Positions 51,743-64,000 of a DNA stretch of 64,000 nt are shown here, piece after piece. This DNA comes from Raillietiella orientalis (lineage: Eukaryota). The DNA lies in assembly GCA_036172245.1 (NCBI GenBank), contig JAYWIR010000004.1, forward strand, positions 5,704,001 through 5,768,000. The letters run 5' to 3'. A model generated the notes under the pieces. The model was not told the DNA's origin, ran no database searches, and saw only the letters and a program-made list of their open reading frames with translations. Numbering within the stretch: the stretch's first letter is position 1; the number at the start of each line of letters is the position of its first letter. The translations under genes and the position numbers were made by a program.

Positions 51743-52789
51743 CAATTCCAATCCCTTCCACTCAATCTTCTAATCCCTCCGGGGTCCTTCCAGAAATCGA
51801 GGAATCGGTTCCGTTCGGGATTCCCTTCCTGTTGTCAAATGGAGCCGTCTCCCCTCCCCTCCTCGGGGGTGGGCCCTCCATGGCGTACCATGGACTGGCT
51901 GATATTCCCTTTCGGGGGCTTGCCTCTCCAGAGTGTAAAAAGGCACCGCTTTCTTCGGGGAGCACCCCTCAGAGAAATTGGGAAGCGACCCTTCGGAAGG
52001 AGGAGCAAACAGGGAGCGGTTCCCTTGCGGGTTCCCTCCAGAGAATGGACGAGGCCTGGCTCCCTCCGGGAACCCCTCCGGAGAAAATAAGGAAGAGGTC
52101 CCCTTCGGAGACAACTAGGGTGAGGGTTCCTCCTTTCGAGGTTCCCTACTAAGCATCAGAGGAACGGACTCCTCCTTCCAGAACCTTCCTGGATTCATAA
52201 GGTGGTCCCCTCCCTGGCTACCTCCTAGCTAGAAGAGTGATGCTCACCCTCAGGTGGCGTGGGCAAGCGTCAAAGAACTTCAAGGAGAACGGTTATTCAG
52301 TTTTTCGCGAACCAGAAAAAGAAGAAAACCCGAAAAAAAAAAAGATGGAAAGAAAGCGGCGAGAACAGATGAACCTAAAAGGATTCCCATCATCCTAGCC
52401 CAATAGTGACAATGTCTCGTCACACTACTGGTCTTCCATAAAAAATAAAAATAAATAAATAAATAAACGATGCACGCCTACAGGTTGTGGTCGACTGGAG
52501 AGAAGTCGTTCCGCGGGTGGAATCCCGCGCAAGGAAGGGCCGATCTCCCGTTCGCTCCCGGCCGCGGGAGAAGGAACCGCCTCTGCGTCCCTGCCGATCC
52601 CGACCGGCTACGAAGCGCTCCTTCATTTGTGTCGACTGGCTCCCTTTCTACCGCAGTTCCATGCAATACCATGAGGGCCCGGATTCCTCTAACAGCGTGC
52701 TCCCATTCAGGCTCATGTAAATGCACGTGCTGCCCATCGGATAACTGGTGGAAGTAGAAAGCAATTCATTCTTGGTCTACAGAGCGTGC

Positions 52790-53400
52790 TCCTGATGATG
52801 GATCTACGTTGGTCCCCATCCTGGAAGATGAAGATACTAAAGAGTTCAAGAATTGCACGCACAAGTGGTTGCAGACGCCGAGGCTCAAAGCCATTCGTTC
52901 TCCCGGAGTTACGCTTCCCCTTCGCTACGTTGTCCTCTCGTCCAGAGGTCGTTCGCTTCCGTAATCTTCATATTGTAACTACGGCTGACAAGGGAAGATG
53001 CTGATTTTATTGATGCTGATCCTGGTTGCGCAGAAGGCCACTAGAGGACCAGCTGTGGATGGAATCACCATCTGGGCGCGCAATTCGTTGCATCTCACTC
53101 GGATTTTCAAGAAGAAGGCTTCCAAACCCCGCAAGAAGCGCGGCGCTTTTCTGGAGTCTGGCCTCTCTGTCTCTCCCTCTCTCAGCAAGAGCCGTTTCCA
53201 GGAGGCGAGACAATGCCCTGCCCAGAAAGCAACGCTTCACCTGCGGTATCCGGGCTCGTTTGCTTTGCAGCGAACAATCCCATAAAGGAAAATGCTCTTT
53301 TGGCTCCAGAGTGAAGGGGACACATTTGTGAGGAAGCATCTTCGCAGGAGGCACCTTCGTCCTTGGGGAACCCACACACCGCGAAATAGATGGCAATCTC
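52790..53400 (+). mobile_element. decayed RLE-type non-LTR retrotransposon (thumb to zinc-knuckle linker)
   Basis: KILKSSRIA, KPFVLPELRF (cf. F..P.L.F), TIWARNSL (cf. SLWSRARNA) and RFTCGIRARLLC (cf. RF.HRARLN) occur in the expected order, with frameshifts. Confidence 0.4.
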
Positions 53401-55299
53401 GTCTTTTGCAAACGAACCTTCCTGTGGGTCAAAAGTAGAACTCTGTTGCAGCTACACCCTACCAAGGTTCATCTTCGATCAGGAGTGAACAGAGAAAGAA
53501 CGAGTTCTCTAAGAAGACCTACAAAACAGATCTCTGGCTTGATCCATAGGGTAAGAGGTGATGAAAGGAGTAGAATAAGGGCAACGACCTCTGTTCCATC
53601 ATACACTTGGGAACGTGGCGAAATTCTCTCTTTCGTGAGCATTCCCATCCTTATAAGATGAAATCATGAAGAGGAACAGTCAAGACAGAGATTCAAAGAA
53701 TCAGGGATCTCACTCTTCTAAGGAGTAACTTCATCTTGTTGCAAGGAGCAGGGTTGACATCTAATCAGGAAGAACATCCCACCACTCTTACTGTGGTATG
53801 TTGAAAACACTTTTGGATACTTTTAGCTCCATTTGAACCCACTTTAGATGAATTTTGCTGCTGCAAAATGCATTCTCCAGAGAACTTACATGCTGTTGTG
53901 GGGGGCTGGCTCCGAATATTTTATGCAGTCAGGTATTTTCTGCATAATATCAATTCAGACCGCAGGACAAGATGCAAGAATTCCTAGACGAAATCATTCC
54001 CATTTCTTTAATCCATGATTTTTTCGAATAGAATTCCACTAATGACCTTCTTCCCCTTTCGAGTACTTTTTATCATTTTCAGCATTCATGAAAACGACTT
54101 TATAGATTTCATTTCAGTTCATAAATAACTCCTAGTCTGGTTGTACAGTCATTTACCCTTGTTCTGCTCATTCATGTGGGAATTAGCGCTTTTATAGTTG
54201 CCTGGCTGCTTATCGGTTTCCCTTATTCTTTGTTTCTAATTCCAACGAGGACATTTTTATGGCATTTTTCTTCCTGCTAGTATGTTCCTGAATCAGGAGC
54301 CCGTACTCGTATTTCCTTAATTTTTTGCTGGACCTTTATGCTCTTTTCCTCTTGGCTCTTGTTTCTATTTCTCCACTTGCAAAGTTGAACAAGTACGAGA
54401 CCCGATGTATTTATCTATTTTTTGTTTAGAACAAAGGTATATTTTTTTTTATTCTAGGGCTCACCTTTCGTGAGCTCGAAAAAGATTTCACACATCATGT
54501 TTATCACTTTTTTGTTTTACGAAGGTCAGTCCTCGATGGTTTCTTTGGTCCTCATTGTCCACATAGATCGCGATAGACTTTCCTTTGACCATTACCACTC
54601 AGTGATGTCTTTCCTGCTGCTTTCCATGCTTTGCTTCAGTATTTGTGTTTCGGGGGTTTCGGGGAGCTTGCCTTCCATGGTATTTCGAAATCATTTTTAC
54701 AAGTATCAGAAGCGAAGGCAGCTGCTGCACCGAACCACCCACAGAAATCTCGGTGGGGGCTGGGGAAAACGCACCATGATCGAATCTGTGCGATTCGATC
54801 ATGGTGGTAACGGAATAACGGATACTGGTGACAAATCTTCTCAAACGGGAGTCAAGAAAGTGTGCCAAAAAGTGTTATTCTTTCCTGTTATCGAGAGCAT
54901 TCAAGTTCAGCACCTCGCAAATCAAGAATAAAACAAAAAGCAAAGCAGCGGTGTATCATTTCCTCATTCTGAATGGGAAATTGCAGAACTTTCAGAGCTT
55001 CGTTTTCTTCCTCTCCAGACGCCGTATTATCATTTGAAAACATTAGGGTATCTAGAGGACCGCATTAATCATATCAGCTTGTGGTATCTTCGTTACTAAC
55101 ATCACGGTGAATACATCTCTCATTTAGATAAATTAATTCATTGCCAACAAAGATGGCTTGCGTATTATTAAACAGATAGCCACTTGCTTGTTTTCTATCA
55201 GTCAGTGAAGATAATTTCACAGAATAAATTGAGCTTGTGTTTTCCTTTGTGAAGTAAAAGATGTACAATATACAATATACAAGACACGAAGCCAAGAAA

Positions 55300-56060
55300 T
55301 CAAATGAGATCGATATGCACAACATTCAAGTATACATTCGGATATGTTAGTTTTTTGCATTCTGTAACTGGACTGCTAATTCCTTTTATAAAGACTGGTT
55401 TAAGCCCCAAAATGATTGAAGCATCGCGTAAACATGGATACGCTTTTCAATGTTTTCACACACGTTTCACATATCGTATAGATTGCTGATCAAGAGAGCT
55501 CCCCATGCATGATAAACGAAGGGCCTAAATGGGTGAAAATGGTTTTTCCGAGTATTACTCTTTTTTCGCTGCGTTTCGCTTGCAGCTACTGAGTTTGCTG
55601 ATGCATTTCCGAGTTCGGTTCAGCCTTTTTTCTGTAACTTTCGAAAACCCTCAGCGCAAAATTCGCAGGATGGACACTGCAACTGAAACACGGAAGCAGC
55701 TGCTTCTACCCTTTCTCAGTGCTTCGATGGAATTTTTTCTCTTTTTCTTTCTACAAAAAATTAAAAAAAAGAAAGATGCAACCCGCAAATTTTTACATTT
55801 CAATCATTTTGGCCATTCGCATAACATATGAATATGAAACAGGTAGGCTAATGACTAGTTACAAGTACCATCCGTGGCGACAACATTTGAGTATCTCCTC
55901 GTCATAGGTTTCATCGCTTTGCATGCCGTGGGTCTCACAACAGCTTCTTTGCTGTGAATTGCATCGTCCATGCTTATGCTGCGAAGCTGAACCGGCAAGC
56001 TCTCAGCTGATTCAAGTCTTTCTCGACGGCGTTTTAATTGACATTCTTCATTCACACAAT
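55300..56060 (+). mobile_element. possible decayed APE-type LINE RT fragment
   Basis: FKYTFGYVSFLHSVTGLLIPFIKTG (cf. FN..L..G..P..WK.A.IIPI.K.G), followed downstream by IQVFLD...SH (cf. vFLD..KAFD.V.H). Confidence 0.3.
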
Positions 56061-56836
56061 ACAGTTTTTGGGCTACGTCTTTCCCTTGGAAAAAAACAAA
56101 AAAAAAAATATTTCATAGGGAGAAAAAGGAGTTTTTTTTTTTTTTTTCAAACTGTGCGAAAATATTCAGTTTCCCTGTTTTGGTTTTTGCTGACATGCGC
56201 CAAGACTATTATGGGGAAAGCTCTAAATTGTAGGCAGTTTAGAACAGAATAATCTATGAAACAGGAAATCCTATGCAGTGGAGATGTTCCCTATTGTGTC
56301 TGGGAGGATGTACACCTACCTGCATGGAGATGACATTCAATTATCCTAGAAAGCTAATGCTGTAGGTACTCTGTCAAGAATAAAGGAGATAATTCCTTCG
56401 GCAAACAAATGGATGTGCACAAAGAGTGGTTTTCTGGTTGTTGGTAGGTTGCAGCTTTCTTTTACATTGAAGAGGGCGTCTATTCAGTTTGGCAAATCTG
56501 GCGTATCCAGAAGCAGGACTGGGGAAGAGGGGGCTGCAACAAACCGCTCCCGACTTTATGCTGGAGGAAATGTCTCTAAGAAGAGTCGCTGTCAGCTGGA
56601 TTCATAAGGCATCTTAGCTTCTTTGCAAGAAACCCGGCTTCAAGACTTTTCGTGGGAAAAGTGGGAGCCCTTCTGTTCCGAGGAATCGGCAACCGGCGCT
56701 TTGGGTTGTTTTTGCACAAAATGTGCTCAGTCTCTGTCGAGCATAGCTGATGCTTGAGTTCAGGGATGTGCATTTCACAAGACTCTATCATGATGTCTCC
56801 GCCTGTTGAATAAGCGACCAAACTGCACAAGTGGAG

Positions 56837-57330
56837 CCGAGTGCCGGAAGCAACACTTGTCTTATGGCATGTCCTTCTGCACAGGACTCCGTAAAACGAT
56901 TCTTCAGTCTCCCGCTGCGTGCCGTGCTGGAGAGGGCCGATCACATGGGAAAAGACTAGATTTTGAAACATCGCCAACCATTTATCAGTTGGAAATTACA
57001 GAATCATCGCTTCCCATCTACATTCCGTGTTCCGAGAAGATATTCAGGAACACTCATTTCAAAGAGTGATTCTCTTAAAACCGTCATCTCAGTTTTTGTC
57101 GCTTCCTCCCGCACGAAGGAGACAAATTACGCTGCATAAGCATTCGCCAAGATTAATCCGTTGTCAAGTTTTCTTATAGTTTCATGGAGGGTGTATTCAC
57201 AGGGTCTCTTGATCTCCATTCGAATCGGACAGCACAGCATCAAAAAAATATGCTTGCGAGGATCATGCAGAAGTCCACAAACCGAGTGCCTGAAGCAACA
57301 CTTGGCTTACGGAATGTCCTCTTACAGGAC
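56837..57330 (+). repeat. two diverged ~50-bp direct repeats 445 bp apart (56837-56887, 57282-57330)
   Basis: CCGAGTGCCGGAAGCAACACTTGTCTTATGGCATGTCCTTCTGCACAGGAC vs CCGAGTGCCTGAAGCAACACTTGGCTTACGGAATGTCCTCTTACAGGAC. Confidence 0.85.
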
Positions 57331-60300
57331 GAAGAGGCAGCCATCCCATGAGAAGGACATCGAGTGCAGAAAAGTGGATCTGAGGTCTCCCTCGTAACCA
57401 ATGTTTCCTTTCTTTCCTAATTGGCTGCGGCACATTCTGAGGCCACAAGGACTCTTCCGCAGATCGTGTCACACTATGACGCGGACCGTCTCATCCATTT
57501 CAATTCTCAGTCCTCAAGCAACTGATGCTACTTTCCTCTTTCTACATGCCTATTCTCCTCAGTTTTCCATGGGCAGATGAATTGCAATGGAGTATGCGGA
57601 ACTGCTGCTTGATGCTTCTTTAAGACGCGGACATAACAAAACAGATAGAGCGCAAACGTGAAAGGTATAAAGACGTTACTCTTCAACTCTTTGAGGGCTG
57701 TTCCTATAAAGTACTCCTCCTGCCCCTTTTTGTTGTCCCTCGAACGGCGAAGAATCCACGAGCCAACGAGAGAGTTGCACATGATATGCAACGAGATAAC
57801 CTTCGAAAGCCAGGAGCACTCGAATCTATCAGTGAAGCTGAAGATGGAAAATGAAACGTGGCAACAGACAGAAGATGGCGAGCAGAAAGAGAATCCAGAG
57901 ATCAATGCGAGCGGTGAGCATAGGATTCAGGGAAATTTCGCAGGTTCTTTCCGAACTTTTTTTTTTTTTTTATTATACCCAGTGAGCTTCGCTGCCTTCC
58001 GTTTCTGTCTCTCACATCCCTTTCCGGCTGCGCAGAGTTTCCAAAGTCCAATCATCTGGATTCGATCCCGACATAAACTGCTTCCTCCCTGTTTACGACG
58101 TTGCTTGATTCTTCTCTTCCAATGAATTTCTTCGTAGGCACCGTGAAATCTCCGAAGTTCGGAGAAAGAAAATTGAAAGCTTCTCGAGGCTTCTTTTGCC
58201 CCCTCGAGAAATACTTTTTCCCTTTTTGAAAAGCTATCCTCGTTTGCAAGTTGAGGCAACTGAACACAAAATTCCAAATGTCAGAATCTAGACATCTTGT
58301 TTTCTTCTTCTTGTTTCATTCTTCAGGTATTCGGAACACCGCTTGGCGTGAAAGGCAAAGTGCATTTGATGGTTAAGTGAATCAACAGTACACTTGACTG
58401 GCTTGCCAGATTTCCTTCAAGGAAGTCTTAATCAGAAAATCCAGTTCTCTGTTAACCATCTTCTTCCAAGCCTTTCCAAGATTTTGCTCCAACTCTTGTC
58501 CCATTTCCAGGCAGGTCCTCTCTTGCTCGAACGTTCCATCTCAGCTGCCGCGTTCGAATTAGCGGGGTGCTTGAGCAAACTGAAAAAATAAAAGACTGCA
58601 TGCCAAAGACCGAGAGCATGCCTCAGGTGATCATGGAAGAACGACAGCATTGATGGGCAAAGGAAGGGTTCTAAGGAAGAAGAAATCGAGGGAAACAGGA
58701 AAAATTTCTATTCTCGCTGTTCGTTCCCCGTAAATGGACGCAATCCTCTCCTGCTCCCTCGACCTTCCTTTCCAAGGAAACAGTGCTGGCTCTGTCTGAA
58801 TTTCTCAAAATCGAATCGCTCCATGCAAAAGTTCATCCATAGCGTCCCGATGACATCAGACGCAATTATTAATAAGCTCGGAAACCCCACACAGTTTTCT
58901 GTTCATTTCCTTTTTTACTTGCTGATAATCTCGGCTCAAGCGAACTCAAGGATGTACTTGCGATTTCCTTCAATGATTTCGCCGGAAACCTTCAGATCTT
59001 TTGATCAAGACGCATCTTCTTGCATTTTGCGCTCAATTACCTTCCTCCTATCGCCACCCGCCAACTACTGCGCTCTTGGAATCGATCGGACGTTAGAAAG
59101 AACCAAATGCTACCAATAATCAGAAAAACACGTATTTCTCTTCCTCGGATCAATCCCGACAGTATCGAAAAGTTTTCTGCCTGCTCTCAATATGAATTCA
59201 TCACTCAAGCTGGATTTATTCACTTTCTTGAAACTATTTCAAGTTTAGATCCGTTTGAAAACCTTCAGACGAATCTGGAGAGGTAACTTCCACCCTACTC
59301 AACCTGGAGACTACGCCTAATGAAATTTTCATTTTCTACAGATTCATGACGCTATTGATGAGGATGCCCATTTCCATTCTGATGATGCCTTATTGTTATG
59401 TCTGATGAAGGTATTCCCTAGCCTTCATTTTGCTTCTCCTGCTACCTTCCAGAAACGATGCCTCTGCAAGTTATCGTTCGCTTTTTCATTATTATTGTGA
59501 TGCACTTTTCTCCCTTCTAACTACTTCTCGATTTCCTTTCCTTTTAACACTTTTTGTCGCTTTTTTCCATTTCAACTTTTGGGTGCATAAATAATATTCT
59601 TTCCATTTCGGAAGATGGCTTCCGGAACAGAGAAAGACAGCACAATGTACGTCTTTTCAGCGTAATGTCCCGTCAACTAGATGGGGTAGGGATGTTTTAG
59701 AAATGTGCTACGCATGTTGTGGAACGAAGGCTGAGTGAATAGGCGATGAATCCTTATCAAGCGCACGCAGAAAACTCTTTTCGATTTTGTGAAGATTTAA
59801 TTATGAAAATCCATCACTGGATCGAGAGGATGGTCTGCAGAGTTTTGTGAAACCAGACACTCCTACTTGCTGCAATTTCTTTGTCTTCTCACCCAGTTGC
59901 GCCGGGGCTGCTTTTTTCTAAGGGTTCTGAATCCGATGCATTAAAAAAGACATCCGTCAGCTAGGGAAGCGAGAGAGCTTTAGAAAGTATTCATTGGCCA
60001 CAAAAGAATGGTGGGATATGCTTTTTGACCGGACGTCACCACTGACGCAACTCCTTTTTAGAGGTGAAATGTTGCTCGTTCAAATAAATGGGTTTTGCTG
60101 TTGACAGAACAAGAATTATTAGAATGAGGTAATTTTAATATTATCGTCACCAAAAGAGACTTCATCTGAGCAGTTGCGAATCCAAGCAAATTCTCTAAAA
60201 GCATGGGTTCTTCACGTGCGAGCTCCGAGCTCGCTTTCGACAGTCCCTTCTCATGATGCACGAAATGGGCTGTAAATCCGGTAGCAACATGTAGGAGCGT

Positions 60301-63300
60301 GACCAACGACTTCTTTCTCATATTTTGTTGTTCGGGTTCATGGCACTGCGAAACCATTTCTTTAGTTCAGAATTCTCGGATCTCTGAAACAGTTGATCGG
60401 CGCGCTTTCAGGGGAACTTCCGGCCCGTTGTTCGTGCCATCTTGTCAAAGGTGTGCAGTGCATCTCTGCTGCAGCCAACTGCAAACAAGGCGAGTGGCAC
60501 TTAAGTCCTGCAGACTGGTGTACATTCTTCTGATGGTTTGGGGAGAGGTTCAATGAGAGAGGATGACCCCTTGCTTGACCCCAGCCTCAGAAGGAAGGTT
60601 AACGTGGAGTTCTCTACTGCGGAAGGCTGTTTGCTTGCTTGATTTTTCTATTTTCTATTCCAGTTTATTTTGAGGTGAGTTCTCTCAGCTGAGCATCAAG
60701 TATCTAATCTGAGAGTCTGCGCAAACTGCACTCTGCAATGATTACTGAGCAGTGCATTTCCAATATTGCAAGCGTATTGCTAATGGAAGCAGGCAGTTTT
60801 CAAGGAAATTAAAAGGGCAGCGTTAAATGGCATGGAATCATTCATAGAGACGAAATGAGACAATATTTTTAAAAGGTGGCAAAAACAAACTTGCAGCAGA
60901 GGTTTCGAAAAAAGGGGGAGAAACGGGAAGATGCAATTAAGCTTCAAATCAGGATCTCAGTTTCCGATCTGGTTGCTTTACCCCGATTAAGTTTTCAGGA
61001 GCATACCAAGGCAGAGTCGATCAAATGCATGAATCAGAGGGATGAGAGATGAAGAAGCTCCGAAAGATCGCGATGAAAAAGGCGTGCTTTTGAGAGAGGA
61101 GGAAATATCAGATAGAGATAGTGGACAAGAGGTTAACAGAGTTCCATAATCATTGGAAGTGTTCTAAATGAAAAGACAATCCTCATCGTCAGTTGCAATA
61201 AAACTAAGGACTTGAAGCTTCCTATTCCGATCCTAGTGAAGAAAATGAAACGCATCAATGCCGATGACAAAATGAATATCCGTCTGGAAATGATGTTCAG
61301 ATGAACACTTGAATTTCAAAAGACTGATTCCTAATGAATCGTACTCGAACTATGATGCTCCTTTTTGGATCCAAATAGACATTCACATTTTTGGAGGAAG
61401 TATCGAAAGTACACTGGATTCATGTGTTCCTTCTGTTCAAAATAAAAGGAGCTCAAACAATTCGATATCAATCAATCAGTCAATTCTGTATTCTAAAAGC
61501 AAACAAAGTCTTATTTTGGGAATTAGTAATGGATTCTGCTATTCAGGTGAAAGATTCATGAAGCCCACAGTTAAATCGATGCAAATTCCAGTATTGAAAA
61601 ATAAATTACGCAGAGTGCGCTGCACGTGGCTTCATCGAAAACATCTGATAAAAATCACGATAATATCAAAAAATTGCAAAAATATGTTTGTTCTCATTTT
61701 AGGATGCTTTCTTCAAATGGAAATGCAAGTGAGCCATGTGTTTCTATGAAAACGCAAAGAATTCTCAATGTCCTGCAAAAAGATTAGGCAAGAATCACAG
61801 AGGAAAGAGGGACGAATCCATGACAGACATGACTGCAATCATGGTGGAAGCGATGGAAACCAGCAGCTCTGTTTCGTCTCTTAACTCGAGATGTTAAAGA
61901 TATTTGGACCATTTTGGATTTGGATATCGGATGCTAAATATATTATTTGGATCAGTCTGCAAGGATGCAATCTGTTTTTTCATCACCATTCTAAGTTCGG
62001 TTAGCATGTGGTGCTTTGACATTCCTCTGCCTTCGAGCTTATTCTGCAACGCTGATTTTTAGATTTGTATAGAAAATGGGTCTCCAAAACCAAGTGAAGA
62101 TCCTGACAAATTGAACGACGGCGGTACAGGAGTCAGTTACGGTGAGTGATAGGAGGTAAAATACGCCTCATGAGAATACTGATTTCACTGATGATGCCTG
62201 AAGAATTATACGCTGAGAACGCCAAACGATAAGAGCTGAAGTGGAATTTACGAACTGCCATGATTGATTCGCCATTCTGTAATGAATTCATTGGGAATCA
62301 TGCAAAGCTCAGGGATCTGTATCATGCATGCCTCTCAACACAAAAAATCCCATTGAGTTAACAGCAGTCGTCTCAGCTGTCAGCACAAGCATGCGCAAAC
62401 AGATAAAGTTAGCGAAAGACTTTTTCGTCTGTGAGATTCCATCCTAAGTACTGTGCATGGGACCAAAGTACTGGAAGACAGAAACTTCTTCTTACCGATT
62501 AGATTCTCCAGCAATATCTTTATACAAATTTTGCTCTCTAGAAGCTGCATCAGGATCTCTCTGGACCAGCACAAGTACACACTGTTTTCCACTGCAGTGA
62601 TGGAAACCTGGAAAGTGATTTGACGTCAGTATTTTAGGCACCCCGTTGCCAGTGATACGTTTCCGAAAGCACATTCAGCAAGAATGGATTCTCCACTGGG
62701 GCCAATCTCTATAATTCCGAGATGTCTGTGTTCGCACCGCTTCTCATGGGATGAGTGATGATGCGTGTGCTCTTTGGAAGAGATGCGCAGGTTTGGTGTT
62801 TGAGCTTTTAAAGTTCGAAAGCGAGAGCTAAAAAGCAGCCGTCTTGCCAGCAGTAGAGGAGCTGAGAAAACCGAGTGACCTCACCAGGCACAAGGAAGGC
62901 ATTCGTCATTCATGAAATCCAAAAAAAAAAAGAACTTCCTTGCTACCAACCTTGAGAAAACTAAAGCCGAAGAAACAAACTGGTGGTCAACCGTGGGGGA
63001 GAGGAAAGTTTCAGGACCAACAGAGAGTCCCTCCGGAGGGGGTTTCCCATGCGGACAAGAACTGAAGAAAATTTCCATCTGGAGGGAAATTTCGAAGAAA
63101 TCTCCACCTCTTTCTGCAAGCCTCGCGAGTCGGTTGAGGAAGTGGGCGAACTTTGACACCTGGGAAAGTCCTCAGAGTCGATCATGGACCGTTGCTTCTG
63201 AAGCAGTTTTCCTTGAGAACCCCTTCGTCTGAGTGAGCAGCGGTATCGCTCAGACATCAATTTTCGTTCCCGATGCACTCCCCCATCGCCCGGGGAATCT

Positions 63301-64000
63301 TCGGCGCTCCTGAGTGACCTCGTCATTTTCTGGATCTCGCGATCCCAGTCAAGGATCCTACAGCAGGTTTGATCCTGACACGAGTGTTCTTTTGGGAGTC
63401 AACTGGGCAGCCAATTCCTCACGTCCACTCTCCTTATGGTGTGACTGCACTGAGTCCTTGAAATGACAGCTCAGGCAGACTTCTGTGACAACCAACTCCC
63501 TAATTCTTGACGGCGGCATTTACTGTCTCGAGGGTAATCAGGTATTCTGCTTTGTGTGGACGCTACTATCCCAGCAGGAGCAACAGCAAGAACAAAATAA
63601 ACTACCTTCCTGGTCTCGTCCACCTGATTTTGTGAATGGACCAGTGGGTTCTCTCTGAATCATTTCCCGCTTGATTCTCGCTCCGGATCATGGAGTGATG
63701 AGTCGCAGATTTGGATGCGGGTCGGGGAGTAATGGACCACTTCACCTATAATGCAGATTCACCACCTGCGTTCTTCGGGAAGGAATCGCAGTCTGATTCC
63801 AGGCTGTTGAGTTCTCCAGGGCTCAAGAGTCAGGGTCCCCTTCCTTTTCTAGTTGGCTTTCCTTTTCAGTGTCTTTCGGGAGGCAAGTTCTTTTTCAAGA
63901 CATGAATATTTCTTCTGTTCATCCTTTTTCTCTGCGGCTCCAATCAGGGAGAGCCCTCATCATGGTCCAAGGTGCAGGAAGAATTTTCTTCTTCTTCCGT

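Noticed and set aside
1..64000. CRISPR array, rRNA or prokaryotic operons/defence systems
   Set aside because: No regularly spaced repeats, rRNA motifs or dense intronless ORFs; the real genes are spliceosomal.

Overview
Eukaryotic DNA, probably from an invertebrate animal. The only confidently coding part is a 5.6-kb, AT-rich, CpG-poor island (39288-44877) with three co-oriented, spliced, minus-strand genes: TYW3 (6 exons, ~203 aa), GTPBP3/MnmE (7 exons, ~478 aa) and SLC25A46 (6 exons, ~382 aa). The packing is operon-like. The TYW3 stop codon lies only 2 nt upstream of the GTPBP3 ATG (TAA-TT-ATG), so two tRNA-modification enzymes abut. SLC25A46 starts 114 nt after the GTPBP3 stop, across a spacer holding AATAAA, a hairpin and a spare AG acceptor. 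Fourteen of the 16 introns are 33-53 nt. A decayed bacterial purD C-terminus at 21265-21507 looks Wolbachia/Rickettsiales-like and suggests an endosymbiont-to-host transfer. The rest appears non-genic: heavily decayed non-LTR retrotransposon fragments (mostly RLE-type, some CR1/L2-like), a ~150-190 bp dispersed repeat, purine/pyrimidine low-complexity tracts and a few hairpins. Gene models were built by hand from GT-AG boundaries and recalled family motifs; no searches were run.
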